NCBI RefSeq assembly: GCF_036321535.1
Contig: NC_087437.1
Location: forward strand, 73,534,001 to 73,598,000
Origin: Camelus dromedarius
Lineage: Eukaryota
DNA: 64,000 nt
Direction: 5' to 3'
Shown here: piece by piece, positions 39,175 through 51,897 of the stretch
Numbering within the stretch: the stretch's first letter is position 1
How the letters are laid out: every line of letters starts with the position of its first letter
The notes under the pieces: generated by a model
Seen by the model: only the letters and a program-made list of their open reading frames with translations
What the model was told of the DNA's origin: nothing
The model's database searches: none
Translations under genes and position numbers: made by a program

Positions 39175-40960
39175 ATATACTGTGTATATTTTATACACTA
39201 GTAATGAACAATTGGAAATTAAAATTTTAAAATTCAGTAATATTTATGGTAGTTCCAAAATGAAAATACTATGGAATAAATACAACAGAATATCTACAGG
39301 ATTGGTATGCTGAAAATGATAAAATACAGACGCTATTAATGGAGAAACATATCTACGTGGATTGGAAGGCTCAGTATAGTTAAAATGTCAGTTGTCTCCA
39401 TATTTATCTATAGATTTAATGCAATCGCAAACTATATCTCAGCAGGATTTATTTTTTTGGTAGATATCAACAAGATGATCATAAATATGTATGTGGAAAG
39501 GTTGAGGAATTAGAATAGCTAAACAATTTTTAAAAAGAAAAGAGTTGAAAAAATCACACTATTGAATTTTAAGACATATTATAAAGCTATAGTAGTCAAG
39601 GCAGTGTGGTACTAATGAAAGAACAGATACTTAGAACATTGGAACAGAAGGGAAAATCCAGAAATAGACCTATACAAAAATGGCTGAGTTTTGACAAAGG
39701 TATAATAGCAATTCAGTGGATAAAGGACAGTCTTATCAACAACTAGTACTGGAATGACTAGAAATAGACATGCAAAGCTATGAACCTTCTCCTACACCTT
39801 ACTCCATAAACAAAATTTAACTAAAAGTGCCTCATGGCTGTAAATGAAAAAGTAAACTATAAAATACTTAGAAGAAAAAAATAGGGGAAAATCTTCTTGA
39901 CCTTTAATTAGGAAAGAATTCTTAGATACAACAACATTAAAGGAATAACTGATAAATTGAACTTTATCAAAAGTAAAAACTTTTGCTCTATGCATGACAT
40001 TGTTTAAAGAATAGAAAGACAAACCACAGACAGGGAGGAAATGTTTGCTGATCAATCTCAGGCCAAGGATTTCTATCAGAATATGTAAGTGTCTCAATAT
40101 TAAAAAATTTAAAAAAGATCCAATTAAAAAAATGGAAAAAAGGTTTAAACAAGCACTTCACCAAAAAAGATATATAGCTGGCAAGTAAGCTCATGAAAAT
40201 ATGCTCTGTGTCATTAGGGAAATAAAAATTAAAATCACCTTGAGACAGCATTACATACCTGTTAGCTTGGCTAAAATAAGAAATACTGATGATATCCAGT
40301 GTTGACAAGGATGTAAAGCAAAAGCAGCTCTTGTACATTGCCTGTAGGAATGCAGAAAGTTACAGTCACTCTGGGAAACAGTTTGGCAGTTTTTCCGAGA
40401 ATTAAGCATACACTCAACTATATGACCCAGCAGTCCCACCTTTAGGTACGTATATTAGAGAAATGAAAGCTCATGTTCACGTGAAAAACTGTACATAAAT
40501 GTTTATAGTACCTTATTAATGACCATCTAGAACAAGAAGCATCACAGACGTCCCTCAGTGGGTGAATATATAAACAAACTGTGGTAATCTACATATGGAA
40601 TGCTAATCACCAATAAAATGGAACGCACTATTGATACATAACAGAACTTGGATGAATCTCCAGAGAATAATGCTAAGTCAAAGAACTCAAACTCAAAAGG
40701 TTGTATACTGTATGAGTCCATTAATAAAGCCTTCTAGAAATGCTCCCCCACTCCCCAAAAAGGAATAGGGAACAGATCAAGGTTTGCCAGGGCTTAGGAG
40801 TGAGGAGTCTGAACACAGGTGGCAGCCGGAGGGAACTCTTTTGGGGGCTGGAACTCCTCTGCATTCTTTTGCAGGATGGTTGAAGAATCTATACACGTTA
40901 AAACATCTCAGAACTGTACATCAAAAAGTGAATTTTTACTGTTTGTAAATAAAATAGAAA
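39175..40960 (+). mobile_element. Old L1 (L1MC/MD/ME-type), ORF2 3' half and 3'UTR, degraded
   Basis: ggattggaaggctcagtatagttaaaatgtca, tataaagctatagtagtcaaggcagtgtggtac, cacttcaccaaaaaagatata, ctatatgacccagcagtccc, gatgaatctccagagaataatgctaagt are collinear L1 ORF2 motifs. Confidence 0.9.
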
Positions 40961-41570
40961 TTCATTTGGATCATCAGCACTGTTTAATGTAGAATTGGGG
41001 AAATAACTCATTGTATTTTCAGCTCTATTTATAACCTGTAGTTATACATTAAATGAAGGTATTCAGTATTTTGTTCTTTTATTAATATATTTTAATATTC
41101 AGCTAGGAACTTAATAGATGGCCCAGAGGATAATATGAAAACTAATAGCTTTACATTCTGATGCTTTCAAGGATTTTAAGCCCCTAGTGTTACTTCTTCA
41201 TATACTAAGATCTCTAGTCTGCATTTTAATTAAAATGATAATTTCTATAAAATATGTAATCATTTATTTTTAGTAATGCTTTAAAAAAATAGAATAAGAT
41301 GAAAATCTTTGCTGTTCTCCTCAGTGCCCATTTCTGCATCTTTTTCAATTTATTCTGACACATAAACTTTTGTTTCTAATAGGGGAGACTTGAGTTAGAA
41401 GCTTTACTTAAATTGAGTGACTGTGTTAATGATGCTTTGGAAAAAACAAAACAAAACAAAACAGTGTACTGGAACGTTCTACCCCAAAAAACAATGCTTT
41501 TTCAAAACTAGAAGTCAGTGTAGTATACATTTTAACAAATTTCTAATATGAAAATTCAAGATCAGGTAGG

Positions 41571-44002
41571 TGTTATAAACTGCAAAGGGCCTCAAATTTT
41601 ACCCCACTTGCAAGCTAACAAGACAGCTGGCCACAGTTTCACAGATGCCCTTTGCCAGAGGCTTCAATCAGCAAAATCATCAGTCACTGAGAATTTTAGT
41701 TCAAAGTGGTCATTATTGTTCGGGGGCCCTGAAAGTAGAGAATGTGCCCTACCTTGATGTACAGCTTCCAATTCAGCCCATTGGTTGGTCCTCATTCAAA
41801 GGCTACTTATTTGCAGATTAGTGAATAAAAGGACCAAGTCTATAGTGTTCAAAGAGTATAATAAAGTGCTGAGCCTTCTTTTTGCTAGGGGCATGGGAGC
41901 AGCTAAAAGACAACAGTTTTTCCTTGACTGCCAGAGAGATTGAGTGTTGTGAATCTGTCCACATGGCCCTAAGTTTACTTGGTGAATAAGCCCCTGAATT
42001 TCTTTGGGGTTTATCAGCTACCCCTGCTGGTAGAGCTATGATAACAGTGCAGTCAGGGCTGTTAGCAGAGACCTCCACAGGAGATCAACTATAGAGTGAA
42101 AGCTTTGGACACCATAAGGTAGAGGCACTTGTGCTAAATCCCGACCCACTTGTGGATGGCAAATAGGATCAGAGTTTAGTTAGCCCTGACAAATATATAC
42201 CGGAAGCCTAGCCATATGAATGTGAATTGGTTTTGGCCACTGAGTGCCAGCACCGAGAAAATAAAGCTTTGGCAACATCCTAGGCAGCGTACCGAGTGCC
42301 ATTAGTCTATGCAGTGATTCAGTTCCAGTCACAATGTCTGAAACAGCCAGGGCCATGGGAGCAACTCCTGAATTCACTGGTGGTCAAGCTACTCTAATCC
42401 TCCAGCTCATCCTGGCCTTCTGCATTAGCCATTCAAGGATGTAGCATCTTTCATCCTGTGGCCTTTAAGTCCTCAGTGAGGGCTGTAATTTCTTTTTCTA
42501 CTAGGATTCTCTTCTGTTTCTGTTCGACCACCTGGGAGGGAACATGGGTTGGAGAGTGACTCACATGTTTCTCTAGCATTTCTCTACATGCAGTAGATGC
42601 TGAATGGGAGAATCCCTTCTGGTGCTTGTAAGCATTCACAGCACAGGTATGTAAAACACCAATACCAATTATTTATTCAGCAGCGCAAGTCACAGTGACA
42701 GTACACTGAATCATCCCAAAGAGCCCACCTACCAGGTCAGGTTAGCTTCCCTTCCTTTCTGTGAATGCTGCCCAAACCCCAGGATCTGAATCTGGGCATT
42801 CCCCCCACCCCCTCATCTTTGGAAAGGGTAGTATGGTGACTCCCATCTACCCAGCAAAGCATACAACCTTGAGTCCTCTCTCCACTGTTCCTTAGCATGC
42901 TTGGGTTGGTGCATATGGCTTTTTGGTGCCTGTGGGGACAAGAAGACTTTGGCTCCACCCCTAATCAACTTTCTCTTTAAAGCAGTCGAGTCTGGATTAG
43001 AGGAGGAGAGAGAATCGGGGGTCTTGTGAGGGAGAGAATGACTTGCTTCAGTGAGCAGGTCATATTTACTTTCCATTTTGAGTGGTGCAGCAGCTGTACA
43101 TGACTCAACCAAATGAACCTCCAATGTTTTTGATCCAATCAAAATCCATTATCAAGCAGCGAGGTCATCATAACCAACACCATCAGTACACCTTTGGAGA
43201 CCCCTTAACTCAACGCCACAGGCACATTGATTCCTACTTGTGGTCTCAGGGTTTATGCTTATTGTCTGGCTTGGTCTTTATTCTCATTGAGACAATTTTT
43301 ATAAAGAAGTTTACCTTAATCTGTAGTACTCACTGCCACATCATCAAATTCCCTTAAATTCTGACTTGTTCAGCATAGGACTAGGGGAGTTTTCCAAGGT
43401 AGCAGGGCTCACAGCAAACATTTATTCAGATTTCTTTGGGTCAGTTTCTCATTGTCTAGTGAGTTTCCTTTATCAACACTGTAAATCCAATCCAATGAGA
43501 ACCTGAATACTAGTCAATGCCTCATTCATGGCTTCCCACAGATGTTTTTGCCTGTCTCGGAGACATCTCCTTAAGAAGGGCCAAAGCTCCTTTTAGCAGT
43601 AGGATCAACTGGAGAAATTTCTGAAAATTATTCCTGTTGCCTTTGAATGGATCTAGGATTGCCATACCAGACTGCAGGAGGGGCAGACCCATTCACAGAC
43701 CAGCTGTTGCCATCCTTTCTTAGCAAGTACAGTTTCCCTTCCTCGTCTTTCAGTTGAACCAGCCAAAGTTCCAATGGTTTGCCTGATTTCTCTCTGTGTG
43801 GTCACAAATTTCCCTCCTTTCACACTCAGTGTGAGTGTGCCTCTCTGTAACTTGTCCAAAAGGGCACACAGTCTTGTGCTTACTTAGAATGAATCTGATT
43901 ACTAGTTATTACAATGGGGCAAACCTGAGGCTTTGAGAATGATGAGCAAGGCTCCCCCCTCCCTCATGGGCAGCTGTGTTTGAACCTACCTTCTGGTATT
44001 CA
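41571..44002 (-). mobile_element. ERVL-class endogenous retrovirus remnant (gag-pro-RT) with a short LTR end
   Basis: Minus translations SQVVEQKQKRIL..EITALTEDLKATG, NSGVAPMALAVSDIV and SISLAVKEKLL..APSKKKAQHFIILF parallel ERVL RT segments as recalled (IVNQKQYRI..EISATIKDLKDAG, NQVVTPIAAAVPDVV, IPSKVKDKLL..PTTKKEAQRLVGLF); LTR-like end 41571-41650; PBS-like ccttctggta near 43989-43998. Many stops and frameshifts. Confidence 0.75.
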
Positions 44003-44554
44003 ATCTGCAACCATCTCTTCAGTTTCTCCTCATTAACAAGCAATAAAGTGAAGGATAATTTAGAGCCTCGTTGACCATACAGTTTGGTCAGATGTTTGAT
44101 ACTGATCAGATAGAACTTTTCAATTTCTACTGTTTTCCCCTCTGAGTTAATATGGAGGTAATTGATTCTGTTCTTCTGTTAAATTACCCAAACTTCTGTT
44201 TAAAATAACCGATAGAAGAAAGGAAATCGTATGTTTTAATTTTCAGAAGAAAGAAATCATTTTTACCTAAAAGAATTTAATCAAAAAGAAGAATGAGGTG
44301 TTAAATTCATTTATTTCTGAAAAAAGGGGAGGTGTGTGGGAGGAGAAGGTATTGAAGCTTGAGAGGGGCTTAATAGTCTCTAATTGGCCCTGGAATATCT
44401 GGGTGAATTCTGATTAAATTTGCCACAGGCATAAGCATCAGTGGAAGAAAACAAGATATGAGACATTGGGCAAGTTACAGAGAAAAGACACTCTCTCATT
44501 TCTATGCATTTTTTCAGTACATATATTTGACGTTCTTGTGGGTAGTTTCAGCAT

Positions 44555-44860
44555 GTTCATGTGGTGTGGAGCCTATAGATTGAGAGCCCAGCGTTGGGAA
44601 TTTGACACACCAGGTGATAAGTTCCAACCACACCACTTACTCTTACGATTTTAAACATGTTTCTCAATCTTTGTCACCTAAATTTCTTTAGTTTTATCTG
44701 TGCTGTGACAATAGTATATAATTTATACTATATATATACTATATAATATATGTAACAGTATATACTCTTATTGTGAAGATTAAAAGATGAGATAATATGT
44801 GTGATTAGTGCAATGCTTAGTACATGGAATCCTGAATAAATACCCAGCTACTATTATTAA
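44555..44860 (+). mobile_element. MIR with internal AT-rich expansion
   Basis: caccacttact...tttctcaatcttt...ttattgtgaagattaaaagatgagataatatgtg...gtgcaatgcttagtacat. Confidence 0.6.
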
Positions 44861-47039
44861 TCAATGAAGACTGTAACAGCCTTCTTTTGGTGTAACTAGA
44901 GTACGTAAATGTAGGATATGATTATCCTAGTATGAAGAATTGGTAGCTTCCTACATAGCAAAAATTCATAATCCAAGAATTCTCCAAATGGCTCTTAGTT
45001 GATAAGATTGACTCCTGGAATTCCATTATTAGAATTTTATTGCACTGAATTAAATGCATTTAAAATATAAAATAATTGGTGGATGGTAGATGTCACCTTT
45101 TTTAGTCATTTTAAATGTAGGGGACCTGATTTGATTCCATCCTTTTCTGAGAGTAAAAAAGAAAAAACAAGAGGTGGGAAACATGAGGAAGTTTTGAAGA
45201 AGGGTTGCCCCAAGGATGACAATATGGAGGAAAAGGAGGTGGTGTTTATTTGAAGACAAATTTTACCACCTTCTTAATTTAGTCAAAGTTCAACCCTATT
45301 TCAAAAGAATTAATATTATACACAAATATGCCATTTAGCCAAAGGATTCAAGAGTTAATAAAATTTCATCATTGTTCAATTAGTGCTTAAATCTTTAAAT
45401 TTCATGTAAGTAAACAGATTTTGAATGGAATTCTGAACTTTCATTTTTTTGAGGTAATACCAGTTAATTGCATCCTTGGTAACAATATATTACTATGATT
45501 TTCCTTTATGCATGCAAAGCAGGCGTGGAATTGTGTTATCCTTTGTGGCCTGTCCTGGATGACCAGTCACACACCGGAAAATCTCTAATTTTCCTTTCTT
45601 GTGTTAGGTCTCACTGCCTTCTTTGGTTTGTGGACTGTTTACCAGCGCATGAGATTTTTGATACTACAAAACCAAGATACCATATTTTTTTCATGATAAT
45701 AACCATTTGCAAACACAATCTTCAGAGTCTTAGGAGCTATGTGTATAATTCCTCACTCATTGTAGAAAACACCCCACTGTACCCATGAGAGGTATCACTC
45801 TTCCTCAGCTTGCATGCTTCCGGAGTGTGAGCAGAGTGCTCTGGTGAGGGAGCCTCCTCTGTGGTTGAGTAGCTCTGATGTTTGATTTCTTATATTGACC
45901 CTGAATCTACTTCTTGATTATGATTCTGCTTTTTGGAGCAGAAGAGAACAAACCTTTCACTTTGTCATATCATGGCCCTTTGAGTAAGTTTCTGTTGTCC
46001 TCCTTCACCTACAATGCACACAAATATACACAAACTGCCATGAACTATCAGGTTTCCCTCCATACTGAATGTCTTCAGTGTGCTGATATGATTTCCAGGA
46101 TCCCAGGCCTTTCACTGATTGATTTTTCTCCTCTGAAAGGTAATGTATCTAAGGTCGCCACATGTCCTGGATGTCCAGGGATAGTACTGCTGTCCAGGTG
46201 TAAATAGTAACAGTGCTCTCTTTCACCCTTACAGTGTTGTTGGTTCAATGATAAATTGTAATGTCTCTGTTGTGCAAATAAAGATGGATTGCAAAACAGC
46301 AATCACAGAAGGCCTACCAGAGTAGCATTCTGGACAATTCATTGCTACAGGATCAGTAGCAGATGTGTGGGCTGTGCCCCTCCCACACCCATTCTTTCTA
46401 GGGCAGTGCACAAAAACCTATCAGGGTTCTTCATCAGACTCCATGAGAGGTTATCCTCACCCTTTGGGTTGTGGGCTTTTACACTGCATGATTGGTGAAG
46501 TGCCAGCTCCTCTGCTGTATTCAGAGGCTGATTTACAAAAGTTATATGACATGGCAGCACATTGACTACAGCCTTATCCTGCCCCTTGGTGAATTTCAGA
46601 TTGGGTGTAGCATCAGTTCTTCCCTGACTTATTAGACCTGGGATACAAGCACTGCTGTTGATGGTGATTGATGGCTTTAATCATTGGGCTGTAGCCAGTT
46701 TCCATGGAACTTTGCAAGAGATCCACTCTTTTCATGTGAGACTAGCTTTCAGAGGATCAGTCAAGTTAACCTATTACTCAGTTCTTCCCTCTTTCCCCAA
46801 ATCAAGAATTGGTCTTTTAGGCATCATAATCTATCATTTTAACCCATAAGAGCTGCATGGCCAGTCACAGCGTGACTGTGTTTGACACTGAAGGACAATT
46901 AGGAATGGCTGAGTAATAACTGACTAGTAGTTCGTGTTTGCCTAAAAGAGAGGAAAGGACCATAGATTTGAACAGTCCTCTAGGTATCTAGTTGGAAAGT
47001 GTAACAGGGCCATTATCTGTACTTAAATGTAGAGGCTGA

Positions 47040-47322
47040 GGACAAGTTAACCATGACCAGCACCCTGGCAATTAGGAACATGTAATTAATTCTGGCCAAT
47101 GAAATGAGAGCAAAATTAATGTGTCTCACTTCTGAGTCAAGCAGTGAAGAGTTGGTATGTCTCCCACATTTCTCTTTTCCCCTGCTGCCATTGTCTCGGA
47201 TCCCACATGTTCCAGATGGAGGAGGGCACCTTGACTTACACTGGTTTGAGTTAGGTTAAGCCCCTGAGATTTTGGTGTTTATTTGTTACCATAGCATAGC
47301 CTTGCCTATTCTGACTAATACA
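47040..47322 (+). mobile_element. MaLR LTR fragment (MLT1I/J-like)
   Basis: tctggccaatgaaatgagagc...gttaagcccctgagattttgg...tttgttaccatagcatagcc...ctgactaataca. Confidence 0.75.
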
Positions 47323-48493
47323 ATGCACTGTGTCTTATTCATAACTGTATCCTCCCAAGAATCCAGTGGAATGTAATAAATGGAAGAACTGTTGGTAAGT
47401 ATTTGTGCCAGTAGTAGAGTCTGAGCCCATCACTTCACAGGGAACGTGTCTGAGGTATGGGTAGATTAGATTTAATTGCCTCGAATACTAAAGATCAAGT
47501 TCTTTCCAATCCCTTCATGTCACTGCTCTAATGGAAGATGATAGTGTTTGGCTCACTTGGGTGAATAGTCACACTTGCTTGGGTCGCTGGCCCAGGAGCT
47601 CAGGCAGCCTCAGGACCTGCCCAGGCATGCTGCAGCCTAAAAGGTCAGTGTCTTCCCCCAGGCACGCCCTCTTGTTTGGGAAAATCTAGCCTAAAATCAC
47701 GACAGCAGAAGTTTCAAGGTTAGAACCCAAGTGGCCTAACGTGCTAATTTACCACACTGATAACTGAGGCGGTTCAGAGTCCAGAATGTGTTGTGCTCCT
47801 GATTAAGACACACTAATTGAATTGGGCAAGTGTGAGTCCTCAAGCTCTTCATCTGTTAAAAAAAAGGGTTAGTCTCTAAGCTCTCCCTAGCATAAAAATT
47901 CTGTAATTCTTTGTGAACAAGGTAATATATATATAGTATATATATTTGAGCTAGTGCCAATTGGAATTACTGTTTTATAATTATGTAGTAAATCTGATCA
48001 GTGCAGACAGCCAACTAGGTAATTCAATCCCTGAAGTGAATTTTATTCAGTTTGGCTGTCTATATTCATCACATAAATTGAGTGATTAGGTAACCATGGT
48101 CCCTGTGTGAGAAGTCAGCAATCTGCAGTCAAGTTGTAGTTTCTGAACAGACTGATCCTCATTTCATGTGGGTCATACACACTTAATATTATACATATGA
48201 AAGTGGTGGATATATTAAGCTCAAGTATAGAAAAGCCACCAAGTGCTGGGAAAACTTGATTCATACTTGAAATAATAGAAGAAAATGATTTAAAACATGT
48301 TTAAGTTTAAGAAGTTAATACAACATTTTGGAGCTTGGCCAAATTTCTTTTCATGGTTAAGTTTTTTCGTTTACAATTGAAACAATATTTTCCATTGACT
48401 TAACCACTTCTGAAGTAACATAATATATTAATAATTAAATTTATGCTCATTTTAAGTGTTCATTCAAGATTTTTGTTGCACATGAGAAGGTTC

Positions 48494-49060
48494 TGTAGAA
48501 AGAAAATTATTTTTCCTCTACCATCTTAGGTTCACTGTCTGGGGCCTTGAAATTGGGCTAAAAAAAAAAAACCCAGCAGGTTAATATGAGAAAAACAGAA
48601 GTTTAATAGCACATGCATTACACATGAACATGGAAAAACTCAGCGAGTAATAACTCAAAGGCGTGGTTAGAACTTGAGTTTATCCTGCATCTTAGTGAAG
48701 CAAAATATTTTTGTAGAGACGTGATAAAGGAAAAGGACTTTGAGCTTCTGGGAGTGGCAAATTTGGGGAAGGTAAATATGGGGAAACTAATTGTAGATAA
48801 AGGCCAGTTTTATCAAGATTTATTACATAGAATCCTCTGGGTTGATGAGGGTCTAGAGTTGTCTCCAGTGGTTAACTTCGATCCTTCCCGATCGAGAAGG
48901 GGGAGGAGAACATCTTTACAAATTTATGTCCTGCTTTTAAGCAAACAGGCAAAGAGCAGAGAGCTTCACTTATATCTGCTTCTCCTCAGTTGTCTTCAGC
49001 TAAAAGTAATCAATATGCCAAAGTAGCATATTTTGGACTGGCATGACCTCCTACCCTCCT
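48494..49060 (-). mobile_element. ERV1-class (MER4-group-like) solo LTR
   Basis: tgtagaaagaaaattatttttcctctaccatcttagg at one end and cttcagctaaaagtaatcaatatgccaaagtagcatattttgg at the other; exact family not assigned. Confidence 0.65.
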
Positions 49061-50243
49061 GTTCCATGTGCCAGTTTGTAGTTATTTCACCCAGGTTTAA
49101 ACTCTATGTGTATCATTTTGCGCTCTTTTCTCCAATGCTGTCGATAACTCCATTACAATAGTTACATATGACAAATAGACCAGGAGAATATCCCCTGTAT
49201 GTAGGATTTAATTAAAATGCTTATTTTGCTTTAAAAGATATTCAAAATGGATAATGTTTCTCTTAATGGAAGAGAAGGCATATTACTGGCAGATTTTATT
49301 ATCTCAAATTAAAAGATATGAATGTAGCATGCTTCTTTTCCGTCCTGACAAGTGTATATACCACATGTCATTCTGAACCGTCATCCCGTTTCTCTTGCAG
49401 TTTCTTTCTCTCCTTCAAATGACATAGGCGTCTCTTGCAGATGGAACTGTGCTGGTGCGCTGAGAGTTAACCCAATTAAAACAGCATAACTAAATAATAG
49501 AGGAATGTTTGCTGCATATGGAGGGAAAATGACATTTGAGAACTCATTTATTAGATTGATGAACTGAGATATCTAATGCAGTGTTTTCCTGACATACCTG
49601 GCTGGTGGGGCAGGGTGGGGAAGGGAGGCACTCTATTTCAACATTAGTTGACAGACTCTGCTCTGCCTCATTAAGGCAGACTTAACGCTGACTACATCTG
49701 GGGAGACTTGTATCTTTTTGTTTTAAGTTTAGTGTGAAGAATGTAATGGGATTATGAAATTTTTTGTGAATGTTCTTCTTGAATATTCAAATAAAAGTGG
49801 GCGTGAAGTGAAAGTTTCTCACCTAGGTCTCATGTCGCTGAGGCAAACTTTATTAAAGTCTATTCCAGTGGTGTGCTAACTTTCATTTTTAACTTCTTTA
49901 TAGAAGGTTTATCTTTGCTACTGCCTTCCACTCACCCTGTGCTGTAGTCACATTGATTTTCTTCGCCCACTGCCTGATGAGTGCCTATTCATTTGCTTAG
50001 TCTGTGACGGCGACTTCTGTGGTGATGGTGGTGGCAGTGACTGAAGGAGGCCTGAAGAGCCACCCTGGTGTCATGAATCATGATTTATTGTCTATACTGT
50101 TATTTAGCTTTTCACTATTTTGGTAGTTTCTCTGTTTGGCTTCTTTTTTTTTTTTTTTTTTTACATTTTTTTATTGAGTAATAGCTATTTTACAATGCTG
50201 TGTCAAATTCTAGTGTAGAGCACAATTTTTTCAGTTATACATG

Positions 50244-50277
<34 letters not shown>

Positions 50278-50484
50278 TTGCCATATTTTTTTTTTGCTGT
50301 GAGCTACCACAAGATCTTGTATATTTTTCCCTGTGCTATATGGTATAATCTTGTTTATCTATTCTGCATTTTAAAATCCCAGTCTGTCCCTTCCCATCCT
50401 CCACCCCCTTGGCAACCACAAGTTTGTATTCTATGTCTATGAGTCTGTTTCTGTTTTGTATTTATGTTTTGTTTTGTTTTATTT

Positions 50485-50853
50485 TTAGGTTCCTCATATA
50501 AGTGATCTCATATGGTATTTTTCTTTTTCTTTCTGGCTTACTTCCCTTAGAATGACATTCTCCAGGAACATCCATGTTGCTGCAAATGGCGTTATGTTGT
50601 CGGTTTTTGTGGCTGAATAGTATTCCATCATATAAATATACCACAGCTTCTTTATTCAGTCATCTGCTGATGGACATCTAGGCTGCTTCCATGTCTTGGC
50701 TATTGTAAATAGTACTGCTATGAACATTGGGATGCAGGTGTCATTTTGAAGTAGGGTTCCTTCTGAATATATGCCCAGAAGCGGGATTTGTGGGTGATAG
50801 GGCAAGTCTATTCATAGTCTTTTGAGTAATCTCCATACTATTTTCCACAGTGG
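50485..50853 (-). pseudogene. Residual C-terminal 123 codons of L1 ORF2
   Basis: PLWKIVWRLLKRL*IDLPY..IPLLGIY..PMFIAVLFTIAKTWKQPRCPSADD*IKKLWYIYMMEYYSA..KYHMRSLI*GT*; TGA stops at 50814, 50658 and 50496. Confidence 0.9.
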
Positions 50854-50996
50854 CTTTCCTTGCTTCGCTCTCCCACTCTTAACGATTTAGATGTCTTCTT
50901 TTACAATTTTGTGTTTATTCTTTTTGTAATTCATGGCAGTTATCTCCTCTCCAGTTATGAGTTTCTCATGTTTGTAGCATCCTGCTTCTTTTCTAT

Positions 50997-51897
50997 TTAG
51001 AGTAGACCTGTTAATATTTCTTTTAGCATGGGTTTAGTGTTGCTAAACTCTTTTAGTTTTTGCTTGTCTGTGAAGTTCTTTATCTCTCCTTCTATTCTAA
51101 AGGATAGCCTTGCTGGATAGAGTATCCTAGTCTGCATCATTTTTTCATTCAGGACTTTGAATATATCTTGCCACTCCCTTCTGGCCTGTAGTGTTTGTGT
51201 AGAGAAATCAGCTGAGAGCCTTATGGGGGTTCCCTTGTAACTCACTCTTTGTTTTTCTCTTGCTGCCTTGAGGATCATTTCTTTATCTTTGACTCTGGAC
51301 ATCTTGATTATGATATGTCTTGGTGTGGGTCTGTTTGGGTTCTTCCTGTTTGGGACCCTCTGAGCCTCCTGTACTTGGATATCTGATTCCTTTAGGTTTG
51401 GGAAGTTTTCAGTCATGATTTCTTCAAAGACCTTTTCAATTCCCTTTGTTTTTTTCTTCCCCTTCTGGACCCCCTGTTATGTGCAGATTGGCATGCTTTA
51501 TATTATCCCATAGGTCCCTTATATTGTTTTCATTGTTTTTTATTTGCTTTCCTCTCAGCTGTTCTGATTGGGTGCTTTCTGTTGTCCTGTCTTCTAGGTC
51601 ACTTATTTGTTCCTCTGCATTATCTAGCCTGCTTTGCACAGCCTTTAGGTCAGCTCTCATCTCAGCAAGTGAGTTTACTAATTCTACTTGGTTCTTCTTT
51701 ATAGCTTCTATTTCATTTTTGACATATTTTATATCTCTAAACACGATTTCTTTTAGTTTCTTCAGTACTTTGATCACTCCTTTTTTGAAATCTTGATCGA
51801 GTAGGCCATCAATGTCTATTTCCTTGATCGTGCTTTCAGGGGATTTCTCTTGATCTTTTAATTGGGAGTGGTTCCTCTGCTCCTTCATATTTCTCAT
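50997..51897 (-). pseudogene. L1 ORF1p (coiled coil, RRM, CTD), 299 aa if a single +1 A in the A-run near 51450-51456 is removed
   Basis: ORFs 51436..51897 and 50997..51416 join as GEEKTKGIEKVFEEIMTENFPNL; hallmark motifs RLDNAEEQISDLED, RPTPRHIIIKM, ILKAAREK, PIRLSADFS, ARREW, YPARLSF; no in-frame stop after repair. Confidence 0.92.

Noticed and set aside
39792..40439. Minus-strand ORFs of 62-116 aa
   Set aside because: Antisense translations of degraded L1 ORF2.
41818..43859. Domesticated retroviral gene
   Set aside because: Frames are fragmented by many stops and frameshifts, and no intact YxDD motif is visible.
46148..46200. hAT-Blackjack (MER81/MER94-like) terminus
   Set aside because: About 50 bp of weak similarity from memory; second end not evident.
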